Assembly: GCA_947476735.1 (NCBI GenBank)
Contig: CANJRZ010000001.1
Span: forward strand, 17,288 to 81,287
Source: Sphingomonadaceae bacterium
GTDB taxonomy: Bacteria; Pseudomonadota; Alphaproteobacteria; Sphingomonadales; Sphingomonadaceae
DNA: 64,000 nt
Reading direction: 5' to 3'
Shown here: positions 20,552-28,819 of the stretch, one piece after another
How the letters are laid out: the number at the start of each line of letters is the position of its first letter
Numbering within the stretch: position 1 is the first letter of the stretch
Translations under genes and position numbers: made by a program
Notes under the pieces: model-generated
Told to the model about the DNA's origin: nothing
What the model saw: the letters and a program-made list of their open reading frames with translations, nothing else
Databases searched by the model: none

Positions 20552-20709
20552 CGGTCATCGGCACCGGAAAGCGAAACTGCCGATAAGAAGGGAGTCTGAG
20601 CGACAGTGATATTGCAGGACAGTTCCGCGCCGCTCCGAGGCCTGTCGTTCGGCGGCAAGTCCATCTGCTCCGGCGGCTTCGGTCCATTGGGGAGTCGCTG
20701 AGCACCGCC

Positions 20710-21465
20710 ATGGCCGACCTATTGAACCTGGCGGGTAAAACCGCCTTCGTTACCGGTGCGTCGGGCGGCCTCGGCGCGCATTTCGCGGCGGTACTGGCAA
20801 GTGCGGGCGCTGCGGTGATCGTTGGCGCGCGGCGCGAGGACGCGCTGGCCGATGTGGCTGCGCGGATCCGAGCGGCGGGCGGCGCATGCACGACCGCGAC
20901 GCTCGACATATCGAGCGCCGCGAGCATCACCTCAGTCGAGCCGCTGCTGGCGAAGGTCGACATTCTCGTCAACAATGCCGGCATCGTGATCGAGAAGCCG
21001 TTCCTCGAACAGAGTGAGGCCGATTGGGACGCCGTGGTCGATACTAACGCCAAGGGCATGTTCCTGCTGACCCAGGCGGTCGCGCGGGCGATGCGAGCGC
21101 GGGGCGCCGGTGGATCAGTGATCAACATCGCCTCGATCCTGGGACTGCGCCAGGGCGGCATGGTAATGACCTATGCAGTGTCCAAGGCGGCAGCGATCCA
21201 GTTCACCAGGATCGCGGCGCTTGAACTGGCCCGCTTCGGAATCCGCGTCAACGCGATCTGTCCCGGCTATATCGCCACCGACCTCAATAGCGCGTTCTGG
21301 GAGACCGAATCCGGCAAGGCGATGCTGAAGCGCATCCCCCAGCGGCGCCTGGGCGCATTGCCCGAACTCGACGGCCCGCTGCTGCTGCTGGCCTCGGACG
21401 CCTCGTCTTACATGACCGGATCGGTGATCGTTGCCGACGGCGGCCATCTCGTCAGCACCCTGTGA
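20710..21465 (+). CDS. SDR oxidoreductase, LvaD-like (candidate 4-oxoacyl-CoA reductase)
   Basis: TGASGGLGAHFA, YAVSK, C-terminal LDGPLLLLASD..DGGHLVSTL resembling LvaD (recall). Confidence 0.85.
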   Translation: MADLLNLAGKTAFVTGASGGLGAHFAAVLASAGAAVIVGARREDALADVAARIRAAGGACTTATLDISSAASITSVEPLLAKVDILVNNAGIVIEKPFLEQSEADWDAVVDTNAKGMFLLTQAVARAMRARGAGGSVINIASILGLRQGGMVMTYAVSKAAAIQFTRIAALELARFGIRVNAICPGYIATDLNSAFWETESGKAMLKRIPQRRLGALPELDGPLLLLASDASSYMTGSVIVADGGHLVSTL

Positions 21466-21478
21466 ACGGAGAGATATT

Positions 21479-22630
21479 TTGAGCGAACGGGCTGAGGCGA
21501 TTGCCGCGAAGGTCGAGGCCTTCGTCCGCGAGACAGTCTTCCCCTATGAGAAGGACCCGCGCGCGACGTCGCATGGCCCGACCGACGAACTGGTCCAGGA
21601 GATGCGGGCCAAGGCGGGGGCGGCGGGGGTGCTGACCCCGCATATCCTGTCTGACGGATCGCACCTCAACCAGCGCGAGACCGCGATCGTTCTGAAGAAG
21701 TCCGGACTGTCCCCGCTGGGGCCGCTCGCGGTGAACACCATGGCGCCCGACGAGGGCAATATCTACCTGCTCGGCAAGGTCGGGACGCCCGAGCAGCAGC
21801 GCCGCTTCCTCGACCGGCTCGTCTCGGGCGAGAGCCGCTCGGCCTTTTTCATGACCGAACCGGCGAGCGAGGGTGGCGCGGGCTCCGACCCATCGATGAT
21901 GCGGACGACCTGCCGGCTCGACGGCAATCACTGGGTGATCGACGGGCGCAAGGCGTTCATCACCGGGGCGCAAGGCGCGAAGGTCGGCATCGTTATGGCG
22001 AAGGCCGAGGAGGGCGCGTGCATGTTCCTCGTCGATCTGCCCGATCCGGCAATCCGGATCGAGCGGCTGCTCGAGACGATCGACAGCTCGATGCCGGGCG
22101 GCCATGCGGTCGTCGCGATCGACAATCTGCGGGTGCCGGCCGACCAGATGCTTGGGGCGGCGGGCGAGGGCTTCAAATATGCCCAGGTGCGGCTGAGCCC
22201 GGCGCGGCTGTCGCACTGTATGCGCTGGCATGGCTGCGCGACCCGGGCACAGGAGATCGCGACCGACTATGCCTGCCGGCGCGAGGCCTTCGGCAAGAAG
22301 CTGGTCGACCATGAGGGGGTCGGCTTCATGCTCGCCGAAAATCTGATCGACCTGAAGCAGGCCGAGCTGATGATCGACTGGTGCGCCGATGTCCTCGACA
22401 GCGGGTCGCTCGGCACGGTCGAAAGCTCGATGGCCAAGGTGGCGGTGTCGGAGGCGCTCTACCGGGTGGCCGATCGCTGCGTCCAGGTGATGGGCGGTAC
22501 CGGCGTCTCGGGCGACACGGTGGTCGAGCAGATCTTCCGCGAGATACGGGCGTTCCGGATTTATGACGGGCCGACCGAGGTCCACAAATGGAGCCTCGCC
22601 AAGAAGATCAAGCGGGATCACGCCCGGTGA
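21479..22630 (+). CDS. Acyl-CoA dehydrogenase, LvaC/ACAD10-11-like
   Basis: DPRATSHGP, APDEGN, FFMTEP..GSDP, RIYDGPTEVH; TTG start at 21479 with GGAGAG SD. Confidence 0.9.
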   Translation: MSERAEAIAAKVEAFVRETVFPYEKDPRATSHGPTDELVQEMRAKAGAAGVLTPHILSDGSHLNQRETAIVLKKSGLSPLGPLAVNTMAPDEGNIYLLGKVGTPEQQRRFLDRLVSGESRSAFFMTEPASEGGAGSDPSMMRTTCRLDGNHWVIDGRKAFITGAQGAKVGIVMAKAEEGACMFLVDLPDPAIRIERLLETIDSSMPGGHAVVAIDNLRVPADQMLGAAGEGFKYAQVRLSPARLSHCMRWHGCATRAQEIATDYACRREAFGKKLVDHEGVGFMLAENLIDLKQAELMIDWCADVLDSGSLGTVESSMAKVAVSEALYRVADRCVQVMGGTGVSGDTVVEQIFREIRAFRIYDGPTEVHKWSLAKKIKRDHAR

Positions 22631-23688
22631 GCGGGACCGGGCAAGCGGAGAATGAGGGCACGACTCCGGTCCGCCCGGGCTTCGCTTTCGACGAGGCGAG
22701 CCTCGCCAGCTGGATGTCGGAGCATGTACCGGGCTTCGAAGGGCGCTTGAGCGTCGAACAGTTCAAGGGTGGCCAGTCCAACCCGACTTACAAGTTGCTG
22801 ACGCCGCGGAGGACATATGTGCTTCGACGCAAGCCGCCGGGACAGCTTCTCAAAGGTGCCCATGCCGTCGAGCGCGAGGCGCAGGTGCTGACCGGCCTTG
22901 AGAAAGCGGACTTCCCGGTGGCCCACGTCCACGCCCTGTGTACCAACGATGCGGTGATCGGTAGTTGGTTCTATGTGATGGACATGGTCGATGGGCGGGT
23001 GTTCTGGGACGCCGCCTTGCCGGATGTGCCGCGCGAACATAGGGCCGCTTATTACGACGCGATGAACGCGACGATCGCGGCGCTTCACAGGGTCGATTAT
23101 GAAGCGGTGGGGCTCGGTGACTACGGCAAGCCCGGCAATTATTTCGAACGGCAGATCGCCCGCTGGTCCAGGCAATATCTCGACGATGCCGAAGCGGGAC
23201 GGGATGTGAACATGGACCGCCTGATAGAATGGCTCCCCGCCAACGTCCCACCCGGTGACGATACCAGCATCGTCCATGGCGACTTCCGTATCGATAATAT
23301 GATTTTCCACCCGACCGAGCCGCGCATCCTTGCCGTCCTCGATTGGGAACTCTCAACGCTCGGTCATCCGCTCGCCGACTTTGCCTATCACGCTATGATG
23401 TACAGAATGCCGCCGCATATCGTCGCCGGTCTGGGCGGCGCTAACCTTTCCGACCTGAGCCTTCCGAGCGAGGGTGACTATGTCGCCGCCTATTGCACGC
23501 GCACGGGGCGGGACGCGATCTCGAATTACAGCTTCTATCTCGCTTTCAATTTCTTCCGCCTCGCGGCGATCTTCCACGGCATCAAGGGCCGGGTGATCCG
23601 AGGCACTGCGGCGTCGGCGCAGGCGGCGGAACGCGCCGCTCTTTTTCCGGAACTGGCTGCAATCGCGTGGTCGCAGGCTACCGCATAG
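22627..23688 (+). CDS. APH-family phosphotransferase, ACAD10/11 kinase-domain-like
   Basis: GGQSNPTY, VLRRKPPG..AHAVERE, VHGDFRIDN, LDWELSTLG; GTGA overlap with the ACAD stop. Confidence 0.92.
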   Translation: MSGTGQAENEGTTPVRPGFAFDEASLASWMSEHVPGFEGRLSVEQFKGGQSNPTYKLLTPRRTYVLRRKPPGQLLKGAHAVEREAQVLTGLEKADFPVAHVHALCTNDAVIGSWFYVMDMVDGRVFWDAALPDVPREHRAAYYDAMNATIAALHRVDYEAVGLGDYGKPGNYFERQIARWSRQYLDDAEAGRDVNMDRLIEWLPANVPPGDDTSIVHGDFRIDNMIFHPTEPRILAVLDWELSTLGHPLADFAYHAMMYRMPPHIVAGLGGANLSDLSLPSEGDYVAAYCTRTGRDAISNYSFYLAFNFFRLAAIFHGIKGRVIRGTAASAQAAERAALFPELAAIAWSQATA

Positions 23689-23759
23689 CCTACGTGGCCT
23701 GCGCTCGAACTACCGTCGTGGCGGGTGTACGAAAATACCACGAGATAGATCGGTGCAAC

Positions 23760-23963
23760 CTAATCGAGTAGCGAACCAGCTTTGAGCCCCAGCGGTCGCG
23801 CCAGCTTCTCGACAACCGCGATCGTTGGATTTCTGGCGCCGCGCTCGATATCGCTGACGTACGTCCGATGGATGCCGGCCTCGTCGGCATAGGCCTCCTG
23901 GCTCCAGCCCTTCTCCTCGCGGAGACGGCGAACATTCTTCCCCAGGTGCTCTCGGATATCCAC
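23760..23963 (-). CDS. XRE-family HTH protein, restriction-modification controller (C-protein)-like
   Basis: 67 aa; GIHRTYVSDIERGARNPT recognition-helix motif; GTG start with no SD. Confidence 0.88.
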   Translation of the reverse strand: MDIREHLGKNVRRLREEKGWSQEAYADEAGIHRTYVSDIERGARNPTIAVVEKLARPLGLKAGSLLD

Positions 23964-23986
23964 GCCCAGCTAAAGACACTCGTGTC

Positions 23987-24012
23987 GACGATCGATCTAC
24001 AGACGATCAGTG
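23987..24012 (-). promoter_or_regulatory. C-box-like operator CACTGATCGTC-TGTA-GATCGATCGTC
   Basis: Two 11-bp boxes with a central TGTA spacer, ending 23 nt before the HTH start; matches the established C-protein operator layout. Confidence 0.65.
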
Positions 24013-24058
24013 ACAATAGAGTTGACTGTCCGCCTCTTCAGAGCATTGGTCGCGTCAC

Positions 24059-25097
24059 TCACCGTCGGATGCATCTCCAGTTCGCTGCCCCGCGTCGCCG
24101 ACATCGAGCTGATCCCGGCATAGTCCCAGACATTGGTGCGATATCGTCCGGTGTCCCCCAACCCGAAGCTGTTGGTGTGCTCGGCCGTCCCCTGCTTGAA
24201 GACGAAGATCAGCTCGTGTTTCGAGCGATAGAAGGACCCCATGCCCCCATTGGTCTTGTTCCACACCACCAGGTTCTGAGCTCGGTGAAGGCCGCCTTCC
24301 CTGCCGCGAGCAACTCGCCCATGTGGCGCCAGTCCATGCACACGAACGCGATCGCCCCGTCCCGCATCACCGACGACATCGCCGACAATGTCTCGGTCAG
24401 GAAACCGGTAAATTGGCTTTCGCTCACCTCACCGCTCGCGAAGGCGAACTCGCGGTGCTGGACCTTGCCATGTCCCGAGACATGACCATCGATTGGGACA
24501 TTATAGGGCGGATCGGTGAAGATCAGGTCGGCGCGCTCGTCGCCGAGGAGCGTGGCGTAGTCGCGCATCGCCACAGATTAGCTTGTGGCGCCCCAGAAGC
24601 CATAGATCGCCACGCCGCGAGACCGCATGGGCGGCCATGGCCGGTACCGCGTCTTCAGGCGCATCCGAACCATCAGGATCACTGTCGCCGGCTTCGTCGA
24701 GCGCGAAGTCGATCTCGGCGAGACTGAAGCCGGTGACCGACATATCGAAACCCAGGTCGATCAGGCCCTGGAGTTCGATCGCGAGGATCTCGCGGTCCCA
24801 GCCAGCATTCAGCGCGAGCTTGTTGTCGGCGAGGACATAGGCCCGTCGTTCGGTCTCGGACAAATGCGAGAGCGCGATCGTCGGCACCGACTTCATGCCG
24901 AGCAGGCGAGCCGCCTCGACCCGACCATGGCCGGCAATGATTTCGCCTTCGTCCGACACCAGCACCGGGTTCGTGAAGCCGAAGCGTTCGATGCTGTCGG
25001 CGATTTGTCGGATCTGTTTCTTGGAGTGTGTGCGCGCATTGCGCGCGTACGGTTTCAGCGAAGAAACGCTACGATCGAGCACTTGATACAAATGCAT
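24059..25097 (-). pseudogene. ParB/Srx-domain plus amino-DNA methyltransferase fusion, with two frameshifts and a truncated 3' end
   Basis: Three consecutive frames: ParB domain (IIAGHGRVEAA) to LICGDAR; shift near 24563 to FTDPPYN..AFTEL; shift near 24277 to NLVVWNK..MHPTV. Homology then stops before the expected FxGSG SAM-binding motif. Confidence 0.88.
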
Positions 25098-25263
25098 GGG
25101 GACCCCCCATAACAATGGTTTCCCTCCACTGACGATCTTAGCAAAAAGGCGCGCTCAGCGCAAGAACAGGCCGGGAACGAACCTGTGCAAAACCTTCCGG
25201 TTGGGGGCCGGGCAACGCCGCGATGGTGAGGCGCTGTACCGAGGCTGAGCGTCCGTCGGATCG

Positions 25264-25516
25264 CTGATACAGCAATCCGAAGTCCCTGATACGGACCTGA
25301 TACATCCCTGTTCGGTGGATCTAATTTCCCTGTTATCTGCGCAGGGAATTTCGCTGATAAAATGGCTGAAATCTGGGGATAATTGGGGATCTAAGGCGGT
25401 GGCAGATGGCCACAAAATGGAATTTTCCCTGTTAATTCCCTAAAAACAGGGAATTACAGGGTGAGACCCGTTCGCTCCGGACTGCCCCCCGCACCACCCA
25501 GTCCCTGATTCAGGGG
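25264..25516. repeat. Array of about 10 CCCTG(A/T)T / A(A/T)CAGGG motifs in direct and inverted orientation
   Basis: ccctgatac 25284, cctgatac 25296, ccctgttc 25306, ccctgtta 25328, cagggaatt 25342, ccctgtta 25427, aacaggg 25445, tacaggg 25455, palindrome ccctgattcaggg 25503-25515. Confidence 0.75.
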
Positions 25517-25739
25517 CTTTCAGAGACACTTGGGTAGCTCTCCCCGAAAGTCCCGCGCTTCCGCGGGATTCTCCGGCCCGACCTCGAAATGTGTGGCCAG
25601 AGACCGCTCCGTCTCGGGCCATTTCTCCGCTTTTTGAGCCTAAGTCTCAAATGCCGAAATCAGTGGCCACAGATTTGAAATGCCCGAAAAGATGAGGCAC
25701 GCCGATGGCGCGCCTCGTAGTTCTCGATGGTAATGCTGG

Positions 25740-27410
25740 TCAGGCGAAGCCGAGCTGGCGTCGCTGCTGATCCCACTCGACGGGCAGGTCAGCCATCCGC
25801 AGCAAGGAGCGAGTGGTAAGTTCGACCGGCTGGCGACCTTCAAGGATCGCTGTGACAATGTCTGGGGCCAGGAAGTTGAGGCGCGCAAGCCGGACCGTCT
25901 GTCGCCTCGTCTCCCCGACAGCTTTCCCGGTGAGCAGTTCCTGATAGGCCGACCGGCCCTGCGCCAGGATCTGGATCAATCGATCGTCGCGAGCGGCCGG
26001 TCGCGCTTCGGGCGCTGCATAGACGAGCTTCAGCTCATGCCCCCGCCGTCGCAGCTGCACCTCGATATTGATCGCTATCGGCTCCTCCGAGGCTGCCGCA
26101 CCATCACAGGCGATCAGGCCGAGCAGCTTCGAAGGCTCGATGAGGATGGAAATAACCTCCTGGCGTAGGATGATCCGTGCGCTAAGGTCACGGAGGAGCT
26201 TGCTCAATGATGCGGGATCATTGGCAAGCTCCGACAGCTGGCCAGCGGCACTTTCGAAGGCCACATTTGCCTTCAGCGCGTCACCCAGTTCCGCCGACAC
26301 ACGCAGCGGATCATTCAAGAAGCTCTTGAGACTTTTCTCGATCATCCCCTCCAGGTCCGGCGCAGGGATGCGCCAAGGCGCTTCGGCGTGGTCTGCGTCG
26401 TCGCGCGAGACATAATAGCGGTAGCGGCGATTGCCGCGGTTGCCATGAGCCGGTGCCATCATGCGGCCCAGGCCATCTTCGAGAAAACCGTTGAGCGGGC
26501 TCGGCAGGCTTTTCCTTGGGCGCGGAGCGTTGGTGGCCTTGCTGAAGAGCAGCTGGTTCGCGTCCCAGAGTTCCTGGGAGATGATCGCTTCATGCTCCCC
26601 CTGATATATCTGGTCGCCGTGGCGGATGAGACCGATGAAGATGACGTTGCGCAGCAAGTAGGCGAGGGCACCGTAGTTGTAGGGCGTGCCGCCTACGACC
26701 CGCCCATCCTGCATCATCCTGACCTTCGACCGGATACCCTTGACGGCAAGATCCTCGACCAGCTCAGGGATGGATCCAAGCTCGACATGGCGCTCGAATA
26801 TGTATCGGACGGTTGCCGCTTCTGTCTCATTGATCAGGAGCTTCCGCTCATGAAGGTCGTAGCCCACCGGGACGGGACCTCCCATCCACATGCCCTTCTT
26901 CTTCGAGGCGGCGATCTTGTCGCGGATGCGCTCGCCGGTCACCTCGCGCTCGAACTGGGCGAAGGACAGCAGCACGTTGAGCGTCAACCTTCCCATGCTG
27001 GTCGTTGTGTTGAAGGCTTGGGTGACCGAGACGAAGCTCACGCCATGTCTGTCGAGGATCTCGACGATGCGAGCAAAGTCCGACAGGGCGCGGGTCAGCC
27101 GGTCGACCTTGTATATGACGATCACTTGGATACGACCGCTCTCGACATCCGCAAGCAGCCGCTTGAGGGCAGGGCGCTCCATCGTCCCGCCGGAATAGCC
27201 ACCATCATCGTAGAAGGTCGGGTCCATCTCCCAGCCCTCGTGGCGCTGGCTGGCGATATAGGCAGCGCATGCCTCTCGCTGGGCGTCCAGACTGTTGAAC
27301 GCCTGATCAAGGCCCTCGTCGGTCGACTTACGGGTATAGACGGCGCACCGCACTTTACGGGCGCCTGTGGGGCTCGCATTGGCGAGCGTCCTGGGTCCAC
27401 GCTTAGCCAT
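25740..27410 (-). CDS. Large serine recombinase
   Basis: Catalytic AVYTRKS, DDGGYSGGTMERPAL, VYKVDRLTR, FAQFERE, followed by a recombinase domain; 556 aa, uninterrupted. Confidence 0.95.
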   Translation of the reverse strand: MAKRGPRTLANASPTGARKVRCAVYTRKSTDEGLDQAFNSLDAQREACAAYIASQRHEGWEMDPTFYDDGGYSGGTMERPALKRLLADVESGRIQVIVIYKVDRLTRALSDFARIVEILDRHGVSFVSVTQAFNTTTSMGRLTLNVLLSFAQFEREVTGERIRDKIAASKKKGMWMGGPVPVGYDLHERKLLINETEAATVRYIFERHVELGSIPELVEDLAVKGIRSKVRMMQDGRVVGGTPYNYGALAYLLRNVIFIGLIRHGDQIYQGEHEAIISQELWDANQLLFSKATNAPRPRKSLPSPLNGFLEDGLGRMMAPAHGNRGNRRYRYYVSRDDADHAEAPWRIPAPDLEGMIEKSLKSFLNDPLRVSAELGDALKANVAFESAAGQLSELANDPASLSKLLRDLSARIILRQEVISILIEPSKLLGLIACDGAAASEEPIAINIEVQLRRRGHELKLVYAAPEARPAARDDRLIQILAQGRSAYQELLTGKAVGETRRQTVRLARLNFLAPDIVTAILEGRQPVELTTRSLLRMADLPVEWDQQRRQLGFA

Positions 27411-27852
27411 GGGCCTGTCCTCCTCGCGAGGGTGGGCTCGGCCTTCGCTTCAATCCGAAGAAGCGCGGGCCTGACCAATGCGATCCGGTGATCTCGCGGG
27501 CGATGTGCGACAAGGACGCGAAGCGGCGACCGTCAAAGCTGAAGCCGTCGTCATCGACCATGACAGTGTGAATCTTGCCATTCCATTCGCGCAGCAGCCG
27601 CGAGCCCGGCTTCAGGCGAATAGGAGCATCGGGCAGGGGCGTCACACCATCCGCGATGATGTCGAGCATCCGAAGCGCCGACGCTGGCAAGCCGCCAAGC
27701 ACTACTTCTTGCAGCCTATAAGCGATGACCCGGCGTAGCATCGAAGCTGGGAAATCGGGTGCGCCCTCTCCGAAGCTGCTCTGCCACTCCTCGCGCAGCT
27801 GGGGTGGCGACATCGTCGCCAGCCCAGCCAGTTTCTCATCGAGCTTGCCCAT
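27403..27852 (-). CDS. DUF2924-like protein
   Basis: LKPGSRLLREWNG, SLSHIAREITGSHWSGPRFFGL; overlaps the recombinase start. Confidence 0.88.
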   Translation of the reverse strand: MGKLDEKLAGLATMSPPQLREEWQSSFGEGAPDFPASMLRRVIAYRLQEVVLGGLPASALRMLDIIADGVTPLPDAPIRLKPGSRLLREWNGKIHTVMVDDDGFSFDGRRFASLSHIAREITGSHWSGPRFFGLKRRPSPPSRGGQAHG

Positions 27853-27854
27853 GA

Positions 27855-28382
27855 TCAGGCGGTGACCGCGATCTGGTAGCGGGTGATCCCGTCCACCTTG
27901 GACTTCTCGATGTTGTGGCCCTTCTTGCGGAGGCCCGTCAGTGCCGCACGCGAGGTGTGCGGCAACCAGCCGGTCGCGTTCACGACATCTTCCAGGGTCG
28001 CACCGCCGTCGCGCTTGAGGAGGTCGATCAGCATCGACTGTTTGGTGGCCGGTCCCGGGGCAGGCGGCGCGGCTTGCCCATCCGCTTCCTTCCCCGTCCT
28101 ATCCTCCGCCCCGGCGTTGGGGCCGGCGGGCGGGTTGATGATCGCGCGGCCGGCATCGGTGACGACGACGCCGATGGTGAGGTCGCCATCGGTCCGCCAG
28201 ACCTGCGCGGCGGTCATTCCCTCCTGCTCGGTAGCGAGGCCCTTCTTGATCAGGGCTTCGACCGCTTTTCGGATGCGGTCAGCCTGATCGCCGAGGCTCT
28301 CGGGCGGGGGTAGCAAGCTACCGTCTTCGCGCTGGCAGGCGGTGGTGAGCAGTACGAGCTGCATGTCGGTCAGCTTGGTCAT
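27855..28382 (-). CDS. DUF3489-like winged-helix protein
   Basis: MTKLTDMQLVLL N-terminus; C-terminal TKQSMLIDLL..GATLEDVVNATGWLPHTSRAALTGLRKKG; ATG 28382 with AAGGA SD. Confidence 0.85.
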   Translation of the reverse strand: MTKLTDMQLVLLTTACQREDGSLLPPPESLGDQADRIRKAVEALIKKGLATEQEGMTAAQVWRTDGDLTIGVVVTDAGRAIINPPAGPNAGAEDRTGKEADGQAAPPAPGPATKQSMLIDLLKRDGGATLEDVVNATGWLPHTSRAALTGLRKKGHNIEKSKVDGITRYQIAVTA

Positions 28383-28600
28383 ATGGGTGGTCCTTTTCTG
28401 GGCAAGGGCGCCATTGCCCCTCCCACCACCCACAGCCCCGCCGGTTGCCCGGTCGGGGTATGCGCCGGTTCGTTCCACCGGTGCGATTCACACGAGCACC
28501 AATGCTTGGTGTCGCAACCAAGTCGAGCAAATAGTGCAGGAAAATGCTCGGTCTGGACTGTTCTGGCGCTTCCCGCCTTGGTGTCGGTCGGAGGTGGCCC

Positions 28601-28819
28601 ATGGACCAGGAGGAACGCGCGGATCTTGTTGCCAGGCTATTCGCGCTGATGACGAGCAAGCTCGAGGACGCGGCTCACGAGGCCATGGAAGGGCAGCGCA
28701 AAGGCTTGGAGGAGAGCGATCAGATAGCGCGAGCCGAACGGATTGAAATGGCATCCCGCGACATCGGTCTGCTCGCAGAAGCGGTGGCGGCGATATTGCG
28801 CTCTCAACTCGCCGGCTGA
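28601..28819 (+). CDS. Hypothetical 72-aa, probably helical protein
   Basis: Strong SD GGAGGT before ATG 28601; amphipathic-helical composition; divergent from the DUF3489-like gene. Confidence 0.65.
   Translation: MDQEERADLVARLFALMTSKLEDAAHEAMEGQRKGLEESDQIARAERIEMASRDIGLLAEAVAAILRSQLAG

Noticed and set aside
25461-25500. GTTCG...CGCACCA resembles a tRNA 3' end (possible att remnant)
   Set aside because: The T-stem is only 3 bp, the distance to CCA is too long, and there is no 5' half; tRNAscan or ARAGORN would be needed
25264-25516. Repeat array considered as a CRISPR array
   Set aside because: Repeats are 6-9 bp, irregularly spaced and in both orientations; no cas genes
26388-27491. 367-aa antisense ORF over the recombinase, and similar long antisense ORFs across the window (e.g. 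12069-13481, 18911-20497, 31228-32286, 60138-61316)
   Set aside because: Typical stop-poor shadow frames of high-GC genes; no family motifs
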